From Mobula hypostoma (taxonomy: Eukaryota): a DNA stretch of 60,000 nt. Both the position numbers and the translations under genes were made by a program. The stretch lies in contig NC_086108.1 in the NCBI RefSeq assembly GCF_963921235.1, positions 32,180,001-32,240,000 on the forward strand, read 5' to 3'. Positions 50,008 through 60,000 of the stretch are shown here, in pieces (position 1 is the stretch's first letter; each line of letters opens with the position of its first letter). The notes beneath the pieces are model-generated. The model searched no databases. It was not told the origin of the DNA and worked only from the letters and a program-made list of their open reading frames with translations.

Positions 50008-50369
50008 GACACCTCCTTCTCCTTTATTAGGGAGAGAGAGAACCTTTGGGATGTCGAATGCCGGGTGAAACTCAGTCTTTGAGGTCGCTGCAAGCCTGTC
50101 TTTGCTATTGCTTTGCTCATGCTGGAGTGCTCAGTGGCAGTGCCGAAGCTTGCTTTTTTTTGCCAGTGGGGGGAGGGGGATTATTGCTTGCTGCCACAAG
50201 CATGGGAGGGAGGGGAGCTGGGGGGGGGACTTTGGAATTCTTACGTTTAACTGTCCTTCATTCTTTGGGGCACTTCTCTTTTTTTGTGGATGCTTGCAAA
50301 GAAAAAGCATTTCAGGGTATATATTGTATACATTTCTCTGATATGAAATTGGACCTTTGAACCTTTGAG
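50008..50369 (+). mobile_element. 3' part of the non-autonomous element seen at 31918-34876
   Basis: Aligns by eye with 34510-34876. Confidence 0.75.
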
Positions 50370-51387
50370 AAGCTAGTAACCAGAAGATACAGCTCTTCAC
50401 ATGAAATAAAGATCAACTGAGAAATTTCCAAGGTCACTCAAAGGTTCACTGCATTTTGTAAACTAAATTGCAGTCAACCAGGAAGTTTGCTTGCAGACAG
50501 ATACTACAAATCAAGGCAAAAGGAAATAAACAGCAAAGAATGCACAAGAACAATAAATTACTCCAGAGGAACAAGTCAGATTCAAACTTCCCCTATAAAT
50601 AATGACATCATAGATTTTACAATGCATTGGTATAATAAATTATTACAAGCCTTCGTTAGTCTTACCTATTAGGTCCTTGTCTGAGTATTGAAGCTGATAC
50701 CATTTGTTGAGAACATTCAATCCTTGCGTGCCACCCCAATATTTCCCTCAGTTCTCTAAATCAAACTAATTACTCATACCCTACCGCACTATCTGCACTT
50801 AGCTTAAAATTCTATCATCTTCAATAACCTAATACAAAAACATAAGAAATAGTAGCAAGCCAACTAACCATTGAAATCTGCTCTGCTGTTCATCAATAGC
50901 TGAATTCTCACCTTGGGGCCAGTTTCCGCACCACTCTCAAATCCTTTTACCCAAAAGGATAAAAGTAACATCCAAAAATCAATAGATCTGTTTGAAATGA
51001 ACTGAATAATCAAGCTTCAGGAGCCTTCCAGTATAGACACTTCCAAAGGGCCATTCCCTTCAGAGAAAAAGATTCTCATCAATCTTCACTGCAATCAGCT
51101 CGAGCACTCACTTGTGGAAGTGACGGCACGAGGTCGAAAAAGAGATTGGAGTCTTTTTGGCACTCGACAGAAGCCAATAAAACGAAGCAAGGTGTAAGCA
51201 GAGCGGCCATTGTTAGAGTGGTCGGGCTTTGGCTCAACAGTCTTTAACGAAAACAGGTAGAAGGTTTAAGCATTTAGTAAGCTTTTCTCTCCCCCCCACT
51301 TTCTTTGTGTAATAGTACATAACTAGTGTGGTGACAATGGATCTAGGGTTAATGGTATGTCCTTCGAGTGAGATGTGGGAACTTTCA

Positions 51388-51681
51388 GGTGCCACAGTAG
51401 GGTAGCAATTAGCGTGACACTATTATAGCTTGGGGATTTTCAGAGTTCGATTCCAACACTATTCTGTATGAAGTCTCTGTATACCCTCCCAGTAAAGTAC
51501 ATGGGTTCTCTCCGGGTCATCTAGTTTCTTCCCATAGTCTAAAGATGTACCAGGTAGGCTAATTGGATATTGTAAATTGTCCCATGATTGTGTTTGAGTT
51601 AACAGGGTTTGTCGGGGGTTGCAGGGGCAGCATGGCTCAAAGAGCCGTAGGGGCCTAATCCACGCTGTATCACTAAATAAA
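51388..51681 (+). mobile_element. V-SINE (HE1-like tRNA-derived SINE)
   Basis: B box gagttcgattcc; V-domain-like gggttctctccgggtcatctagtttcttcccatagtctaaagatgt...taattgg...tgtaaattgtccc; CR1-like tail. Confidence 0.75.
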
Positions 51682-52921
51682 CTCTGGGAGACTCCAGTCT
51701 ACCTGATAACCACATCTGAATGAGGTGCATCGAGCTTTAGTCCTAAGACTGTGTTAAGGAACTGGAGCTGCAGCTGGATGACCTTCGGCTCATGCAAAAG
51801 AATGAGGAGATGACAGACAGGAGCTTCAGGGAGCCAGGCATCTCTGAGTTGTAGGAGGCAGGTACATGGATAACTATCGAGGGAAGGAAGGAGAACATGA
51901 AGCCAGTGCAGAGTACCACTCTGGCTGTTCCCCTCTATAATAAGTATACCGCTTTGGATACTGCTGGGTACAAGGGGGTGATGGGGGCGGGGGTGGAGAT
52001 GAGACCTCTCAAGGTCCTGACACTCTGACACAGAGTTCGATGATTCTGTGGATGTGACAGAGACACCTGGATGACATGTTGCCTCCCAGGTGCCTGGGTC
52101 AGGGATATCTCTGATCAGGTCCACAGCATTCTAATTTGGCAGGGTAAACAAACTGAAGTGTGGTGCATATTGGTAGCATATTGGGATAAGGCCCAGAAGA
52201 GAGAATATAAGGAGTTAGGAAAAAGGTGAAAAGCAGCACTTCAGGGGTAATAATTTCTGGATTGATGTCTGTGTAGTGCCCCAATAAGGGTAAGAATAGG
52301 ATGAATTTGCAGATGATTGCTTGGCTGAGGAATTAGTTCAGGGGGCAGTGTTTCAATTTTCTGGATCATTGGGATCTCTTCTGGGGAAGGTGCGACATGT
52401 ACAAAAAAGGACAGGTTACACCTGAACTTGAGGAACCAACATCCATGCAAGCAGGTGAGCTGGAGCTGTTGAGGAGAGTTTAAACTAATTTGGCAGGGGA
52501 ATGGGAACCGGAGTGATAGAGTTGAGGATGGGGCAGTTGTAGATGTAGGCCGTAAGTAGATGCAATGTGTAATGAAACTGTGAGGAAGGACAGGCAGATG
52601 ATAGGGCAAAATTTCAGTCAGTGGGATGAGTTGAAGTGTAACATGGGGGCAAAAATCAAAAAGGGTGATGAAAACAGGACTGAAGGTGTTATATTTGAAT
52701 GCACAAAGTATACAGAATAAGGTAGATGGTCTTGTAAGCCATTAGAAATTGACAGATATGATGCCATGGGCATCACTGCATCATGACTGAAAGGAGATCA
52801 CAATTGGGAGCTTAGCATTCAAGGATACACATTATATTGAAAGGACAGGAAGGAAAGCAAAGGGGGTTGGGCTGTCTCTGTTGGTAAAAAGTACATTCAG
52901 ATCCTTAGAAAGGAGTGACAT

Positions 52922-54228
52922 TGTCATGGTCCAGTCCGTGAAGTCCACATTCTGGTTCACGGTCCAGTCCGTGGACTCAGGACTCTGGGTCTTCCAGCTG
53001 TCCCTTGTTTGGTTGAGTTAATCATAGGCACCTGATTCCCATCTTGGGGCTTGGAATATAAGTGGCCTTGGGGTCGAGTGTGAGTTGCTGGTTTGTCTTG
53101 TCAAGATTCCCTGGGAGCAACCTGCCGGTGGAAGGCTAGAGCGGCCACTTGCCATCTTTAGGCCGTGTTAGAAAACCATCGCTTCATGAAGCCTTGCTGT
53201 CCGTAGTCGGAACCATCTTTGCGGTATGGATTTGGCCATTTCCTGGGCCGAGTGGCCATCAGCCACTCTGAGCTAGGTAGGGATCCGGCTGTTTCCGTAG
53301 CCAGCCGAGGTTGCTGGCTGTAACTGCTACTCAGAGCAACCCGATGCAGAGATGGAACTGTCAGTCATTCTTTGGTGTTTGTCTCTTCTTGTCCTCGCCT
53401 CCGTGGGGTAAGTCAAGCCGTTCTGCCGTTGCCCTGCAGGGGGGTCCTGTCTCGTCTTGTCTTGTCCTCACCTCCATGGGGTAAGTCAGGCCATTCTGCT
53501 GTTGCCCTGCGGGGGGGGGGGTGGAATCTGTCTTGTCTTGTCTTGGCCTCTGTTGGGTAAGTCCGGCCGTTCTGCTGTTACCCGACGGAGGGACCTGTCC
53601 CACCTTGGTGTGGAAATGAAGTTGAGTCCTGGCTTGTCGTAGGATACGTCCTGGCTCTTTATCTGTGTTCTGTCCAGTCTCATGTTAGTGTCGTGTTAAA
53701 GATGAGTCCCAGCTTTTCAAAGGATAAGTCCTGGCTCTATGTTGATGTACAGTTCCCAGTCTGTCTCCGAGCTCCAGCCTCCGAGTTATCGGCTTCCGCA
53801 TTCCAAAACCCCAGCTCCCAGCCTGCAAGCCTCAAGAGCCAAGACCCCAGCCTGTCTCCAAGCTCAGGCCTCTAGACCCCAGCCATATCCTGTCCTGAAG
53901 CTATGTCATGTCCTTGCCTGGTTCTGGTGTCCGAGCCTGAGACAAGACCCAGGTTCTGGGTCCTTGTCCAGTCTCTGGCTCGGAGTCCAAGCCTTGTCTC
54001 CTAGTCCATGGTTTCTAGTCCTGGTCCCGCTCTCCCTCGCCCAGACTCCTAGTTCTTAGTTCCTTGTCCGGGTTCCCTGTCTAGTCCTTGTCCTAGCCCA
54101 AGTCTGCATTCTTGTCCCTGCTCCTTGTCTGTAACCTGTCACGTCCCTACTCTAGACAAGTCCTGTTCCTAGTACTTCAGTGTCTGTGTCTTGCATTTGG
54201 GTCCGTTCCCAACGCCCCCATTGTGACA
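52922..54228 (+). mobile_element. Solo LTR, 1307 bp, Gypsy-like, inserted in CR1
   Basis: tgtcat...gtgaca termini; 5-bp TSD gacat; TATA at ~53057; internal tandem repeats. Confidence 0.88.
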
Positions 54229-55254
54229 GACATAGGATCGGAAGATGTAGAATCCTTGTGGATAGAGTTAAGAATCTGCAAAGGTAAAAAGACCCTGATG
54301 GGAATTATATACTGGCCTCCAAACAGTAGCTAGGATGTGGGGCACAAATTGCAACAGGAGATAGAAAATGCATGTAAAAAGGGCAATGTTATGATAGTCA
54401 CGAGTGATTTCAATATGTAGGTAGAATGAGAAAATCAAGTTGGTGCTGGATTCCAAAAGAGGCAATTTGTAGAATGCCTTAGATGGCTTTTTAGAGCAGC
54501 TTGTGGTTGAGCCCTTTAGGAAAAAGCCAATTCCAGACTGGATGTTGTGTAATAAACCAGATTTGATTAGGGAGCTTAAGGTGAAGTAAACCTTTAGAGA
54601 CAATTATCAAAATATGATAGAATCCACCCTGCAGTTTAAGAGGGAGAAGATAAAGTCAGATATATCAGTGTTACAGTGGAATAAAGGGAAGTGCAGAAGA
54701 ACAAAACAGGAGCTGACCAAAGTTGATTGGAATCAACTAGCAGAGATGGCAGCAGACTAGCAGTGGTTGGAGTTTCCTGGAGCAATTTCGAAGATGCAGA
54801 ATGGATAGATCCCAAATAAGTAGTAGTATTCTAAAAGAAGTGTGATGAATCATGGCTGACAAGAGAAATCAAAGATGGCATAAAAGCAAAGGAGAGGCCA
54901 TCTAATACAGTATCACAAAAATTAGTGGGAATTTAGAGGACTGGGAAGATTTCATAAACAGAAAAAAAGGCAACTAAAAAGCCACAAGGACAGAAAAGAT
55001 GAAATATGAAGGTAAGCTAGCCAATGATACGAAAGAGTACACAAAAAGTTTATTTCAGATATAGAGGGGTCAGAGTGGATATCAGACTGCTGGAAAATGA
55101 CACTGGTGAGGTTGAAATGAGGGACAAAGAAATGATGATCAAACTTAAGTATTTTGCATCAGATTACACCATGGAAGATACTAGTAATATGCCAGAAATT
55201 CATGTGTGTCAGGGGTCAGGAGTGTGTATACCTGCTATTACTAAGGAGAAAGTA

Positions 55255-55333
55255 CAGGTTTCCCCAGCCACCTGAAGGTAGAGCGTTCCTATGAAACTGT
55301 TCGTAAGCCGAAATGTCGTAAAGCGAAGAAGCA
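55255..55333 (+). mobile_element. Tigger-like transposon left end
   Basis: TA|caggtttcccc...gtagagcgttcctatgaaac...tcgtaagccgaaatgtcgtaaagcgaa; no right end seen. Confidence 0.55.
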
Positions 55334-55344
55334 GAGGGGGGCGG

Positions 55345-55881
55345 AGGAGGAGGGGAGATGCAGACCTTTTGATGTCTTCGCTGTTGGTTTCGGGCAGACC
55401 TTTTGATGTCTTCTATCCCGCTGTGGTCACCGACTGTGACCCCTCCGTTCCGGATACGATCGTTCTTCCACAGTGAACCCGGCACCCAGGCAAGGGCGGA
55501 CACACACCCCAGGTTCCCACCGATCGTACCTTTACACCCTGTGAGCCTCTGGTCGGTTCCTGCGAACCGGTCCTCCAAACTCTCGCGAACCGGTCCTCCA
55601 AACTCTCACCAACCTGTGGGGGCACACTGCTCTTTCAGGGTCTCGTGGTGTGTCTCGTGCCTTAGCAAACCTGCTCTTTTTATCCCCCTGCTGGGGTATC
55701 ACCTGTCCATCAAACTTCAAACAGTTCAGGTTCAAAGTAACCAGTCTGTCAATATTCTGAATTGTGTTTCTTTTCCGTTAATCCCCCTCTTCTCTCTTAC
55801 TAGCATTTTGAATGTTTCTCTATTGTCTCTCTTATCTCTCTCATTAGCATCAATCGTCCGATAGCTTTGTTTGGCGTCACA
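55345..55881 (-). mobile_element. 3'-truncated LTR related to 20952-21804
   Basis: Minus-strand start tgtgacgcc; shares ctgaactgtttgaag...ataccccagcagggggataaaaag...; 23-bp tandem duplication at 55562-55607. Confidence 0.85.
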
Positions 55882-57063
55882 AATGCTACAAAGTTAACTG
55901 GACCAGTTAAGTTCAACTATAGCTTTCCAACAAACACTGGGATATAACCAAGGCTATACATAATTATATGGTGAATGAAGTCTGATTTTAACTGTTCTGC
56001 AGATTTGATAAAGCATTTGCTTTGGTAGTCAAGGCTGAAGCATTGAGCATTTGTGTAAGGATAGATCTCTGCTGCATTTCTGTCCTTTCAACAATTCAAA
56101 AATTATTGCAAATAATTTCTTTCTTCCAACCTCTGATAAAAATGATTACTTGGTCTTCAATTATCATGTTAATGACCAGAGAAGATTGTCCAATAAAGTC
56201 AACTATATCTTTATTTGGAAAGGAAATAAAGTAATAACTTCAAGGTTAGCATCACCTTATTCCAATGCTCTGCTTCTTCTCAAGCACCAACTTTCTGCCC
56301 CATCACATCATACCTCAACATCTTTTACAGAATGGTATTCTGTAAAGCGCGTAATCCAATGTTTCCTTAAAAATTCAAATTGTATAGTAATTTGCTCATT
56401 CAACCTACAGTTAAACACTGTCAACAATCACTTAAATCTGACAGATTATAGAGCAGCATTTACTTTGGCAAAGAAAAAGAATTATGAGTCTAACTACCGA
56501 TAATAATTACATATACTTTTCATTTGATTCATATTACTTAACTCTAAAGCCTGACATGTTAGAACTACTTAAGCAACCACTAAACTCCAAATTCCAACAC
56601 AAATGACTGTCATTCTGCTTGTTAATTACAATTTGACAGCATGATAATATTTGATGAAAGAATTTGAATGAATACAAGTGACTGCACATACTTTTAAGAT
56701 ATGAGAGTAGAAAAATAACTGTTTTATTCATTTACTGATTTTCACACACATTTCATGATCTTTTTCTTCTGCATCCCAGATTTTTTTTTGGTAGTGATTT
56801 GTTAATTTCATCAGGGCAAATTTCCTTTTTTGAGAACTTCCTTAATGCCAAAGTTACCTGTCCTTTAATTATTAAAATAATTAAGTTAAAATCATTATAA
56901 CATCACAAAGCTAAAGCCTTTAGGAACATTGAGAGTAAATGAAACTGTGTCTGCACATCTCAAATGGAATCCGAGATTATCTATAACATTTAAAAATAAA
57001 ATAATTCAAGATGATAGCCCACAAATATATATCTGGCACAAAAGTTTTTTTTCTAAAAAACTA

Positions 57064-57380
57064 CAGTAGAGCTCTGATAGAGCATCTGACCATTTGGAAA
57101 TCCCAATGGTTCGGCATCTGATGTTTCCACAATACCCCAGAACTCAACAGTTCCTGCATTCTCCAGTGATCTCAGAGATCCCATGCCCGTATTCCTCCAA
57201 GACACACCTCACCCGCGTTTCCACATTTCCTCAAGGCTCAACAAGTGCAAAAGGAATTTTATTATTATACTCTGCAACACAATAAAAAAAACTGGTTTAT
57301 GAACCACCTTCAATAGTCCAGAAAAATCAGTCAGTCCAGCACTAAAATAGCACGTGTGCCAGATTATCAGTTTTATCGTA
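57064..57380. mobile_element. Possible old Tigger-type MITE
   Basis: TA|cagtagagctctgatag ... tgccagattatcagttttatcgTA; imperfect TIRs. Confidence 0.4.
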
Positions 57381-58278
57381 CACATAATTTAAAATAAGGC
57401 AGTAAAGAGGGGAGTAAAATATGCTTTCCAAACAAACCCTGGCTATTTGCCAACACCAACCAGTTTTGCACACTGTATTGAAGTATAAAATATAACTTAC
57501 CAATGCAGCCTCTCCCAAATACTGTATGTTATGAACAGAACTTCAACTTGGAAAAGGAAAAGCATAATCTGCATGTTTATGCAATAGGTGTAGTAGAAGA
57601 AAGCAAACTCAGCATTTAAATCCTACAGACAATGCATAAACATGATTCAGTGATTTTGGACTTGAGCTTAAAATGTTAAAGACATGATAAGAGGCACCGA
57701 AAGGGATGCATAAAAAATAAGTTCTTGATGCTGACAGTTAAATATTACACAGATGTGATTTGAATGACTCAATTAGATAGTCAACAGTCTTGCATTCCCT
57801 TTGACAGTTGTTGACACATAACTTTCCTGTTAAAGCAGCATTGCAGTTACAGAACACAGGATGGTGTAGTGGCAAAAAAACTGCTCTGTTAATGTTTTAG
57901 ATTGTACAAGGCAACATTCCAAAAAATGACATGCCAGTGAAGTAAAGTAGTTTTGTACAGCATGCAATGTGATGTTAGTACACAGTTGGAACTGATGAGC
58001 CAATTTTCATTTAAAAATCAGACCGCCATCAAAATATTAAACCTAAAGCTGAAACCAAACTGGCATCAAAGGCGAATCCCAAATAACCTTTGTATCCAGG
58101 GTTTCAGTGAACACTGGGTGTACTCGAATTTGAGGTTGTTGAATCTGGACAACACTATGGTCAAGGGGTTAACAAAAAAATGACATTATTACTTAAAAGA
58201 ACTTATAAAATTAGATTCTGTATGCACACTGCCTTATGAGTCTGCAAATGACAAAGTTAACCGCATCTGCTGCAGATC

Positions 58279-59001
58279 AAGATGTCACCAAGTTGTGGTC
58301 TCCATCGAGGTCATGGCTCAGACTTAGTTGATTTTTAAGTTTATAGGGGTTGTTTTTGGTTCAGAGAGATGGAGTTAGGTATCAGGGTAGGTTTAGGGAA
58401 AGGGATATGGGGAGGTCAGACCAGAATCTCGGGCTCACTCCACATTCAAAGGCCAGCAACATGGACGTGGAACAAAGGATATCCAACGTAGAATGGCCAG
58501 ATGGCAGACCAGAATGAGGGTGAGGGTTGGTGGCCACCCCATCTCAGCGAATCATCGGTGGGTTCCAGAATCAGAGTTCCATGCGGACAGGCGGCATAAG
58601 GGCTGGCTTCCACTAAGGTACTCGGGTTGCAAGACCAGGGTTGAAAGCCTAGTGTAAGGGATCCCAGTTATCTGTAAGTTTGAAGTTTGAGGCCTGGAGT
58701 ACAGGGTCTTCATTATCGGCAAGTCCTAAGGTAGATACCAAGATCCAAAGGTTGATCCGATGTCAAGGCCCAATGTCCGCAAATTTACTTGAGACTGGAA
58801 ACAGCCTGTCCTGAAGTTGGAGGACTGTCTGTGTGCATAGGAGGGAGAAATGATATTCCTGCTCCTGCTGTTCTAAGCATTGCGGGTTGACTATATTGGT
58901 ACTTGAAAGCTGCCCCAGCACATCCTTAGGTTGTGTTAGTTGGTGACACTAATGACGCACTTCACCATATCTTTCGCTATAAATGTGATAAATAAATGAT
59001 T
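58279..59001 (+). mobile_element. Decayed non-autonomous LINE-tailed element
   Basis: aagatgtcacc start; GC-richer body; tail gacgcacttcaccatatctttcgctataaatgtgataaataaa. Confidence 0.5.
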
Positions 59002-59297
59002 CAAAATAATTGTATCACTATAAATGGGCGACTTCAAAAATCTGCAATCATTTCTTCTGGACAGTGTTCTACTGTGCTTAATGTAGTGATTTACTGAACA
59101 CTATTCAAAAGCAGTCATCAAATGCCAGGTACATTTCGAAACAAAGTGTCCAGGATAGTGACAAGCAATGTCACCTTCCTGGATAAACCATAATAGATCA
59201 TATAATGAAGTTCTAAGGTATGTACTTTGCAATTGTGTGTATATTAACATATAACAGACACAACTGGCTCACAACTTGTGGCATATTCATTTTCTTC

Positions 59298-60000
59298 TGT
59301 GACGGGGTCCTGAATTACCCCTATGAACTGTGCTTTTGAAAAGAGAGACAGAGGTATTTAACATCCACATCTTGTTTTGAAAAGAGAAAGAAAGAGAGAG
59401 AGAGCGAGACGAAGACTAACTTTTGGATTTCTGCTGGGTTGGAGAGAGAGGGCACAGAGCAGCTCGTAAGTCGCTATGGTGACCAAGGGTGGCGTTATTT
59501 GATGGACAGTCGATGTTATAGTTTCTCTGGAGTGTGTTTATACTTCCCAAGGACATGGTCTGCTAGTGCATTCTTACACAGACAAGAGATGGGAGGAGTT
59601 ATTTGAATGACAGTTGGTACTCAGTACGGTGAGATAAATAGGTCAGATGATAGACCTGCAGCACATGTTTTTAGACACTGAATAAGCTTTGTTGTGCCCA
59701 CAGAAAAAGAGGGTTTTTGGAGGATCAATCAGTGGCTCTTGCAGTGAGAAAAAGGAGCGACTGGTGGGGAGTTGTCCATGTGTCCACCCTTGCCTGGGTT
59801 GATGATTCCACCACAGAAAAACGATCCCCTTTGTTGAAGTCACAGTCAGTGACTTTTAAAGGATTTCGGAGGACAACGGGAAGATCGACAGCAACAGCTC
59901 ACCTGAAGACTAAAATCTCTCCCCCTCTCTCTCCCCATCATGACTCAATTCAATACCATGAACTGACCTGAACTTTACTCATCATCGTAAGTCTATCTAT
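59298..60000 (+). mobile_element. LTR, runs off the window end
   Basis: tgtgacgggg start; gataaatagg TATA-like; shares acccttgcctgggt...aaacgatc and gaactga repeats with the LTR at 20952. Confidence 0.8.

Larger units (their letters stand above)
51100..55254 (+). mobile_element. Decayed CR1 (5'UTR, ORF1 and ORF2 APE), truncated before RT
   Basis: gagcggccattgt 5' motif; ORF1-like remnants; YLNAQSIQNK; VESLWIELRICKGKKTLMGIIYWPPNS. Confidence 0.78.
10974..60000 (-). other. Dynamin intron 1 (partial, >49 kb, TE-rich)
   Basis: No exon 1 (P-loop GGQSAGKSS) was seen upstream of exon 2 in the window. Confidence 0.8.

Noticed and set aside
53380..53600. CRISPR-like repeated units
   Set aside because: Degenerate tandem repeats inside a eukaryotic LTR, with no unique spacers and no cas genes.
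56051..56503. 150-aa ORF in AT-rich unique DNA
   Set aside because: Non-ATG start, no recognisable domain, antisense within an intron.
10974..60000. Dynamin exon 1, alternative exons or intronic miR-199/214
   Set aside because: No GGQSAGKSS-coding segment or miR-199 hairpin was seen. Isolated donor-like sites (e.g. ~49007, ~57498) lack supporting exons. miR-199 is expected in a much later intron.

Overview
Eukaryotic (vertebrate) genomic DNA. The repeat families suggest a cartilaginous fish, probably a ray, but that is inference. The only host gene is a classical dynamin on the minus strand, closest to DNM3 but divergent. Six GT-AG exons (orthologous to exons 2-7; 74/150/204/99/161/143 nt; GTPase domain into the start of the stalk) lie at 422-10973. 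The rest of the window (10974-60000) is part of a >49 kb intron 1, and exon 1 is outside the window. The introns are packed with nested transposable elements: CR1, Rex1/Babar, L1, RTE-derived elements, tRNA-derived SINEs, Penelope termini, solo LTRs, Tc1 and Tigger. Highlights: (1) an apparently intact HDV-like self-cleaving ribozyme with an unusual L3 hairpin insertion at the 5' end of a young RTE-derived element, in the same sense as the dynamin pre-mRNA; (2) minimal hammerhead ribozyme motifs in Penelope termini; (3) a Ser61->Pro change in dynamin switch I; (4) a Tigger element resembling mammalian Tigger4 and MER2; (5) sense-oriented LTRs that have lost their polyA signals. No prokaryotic features, CRISPR arrays, rRNA or true tRNA genes were seen.
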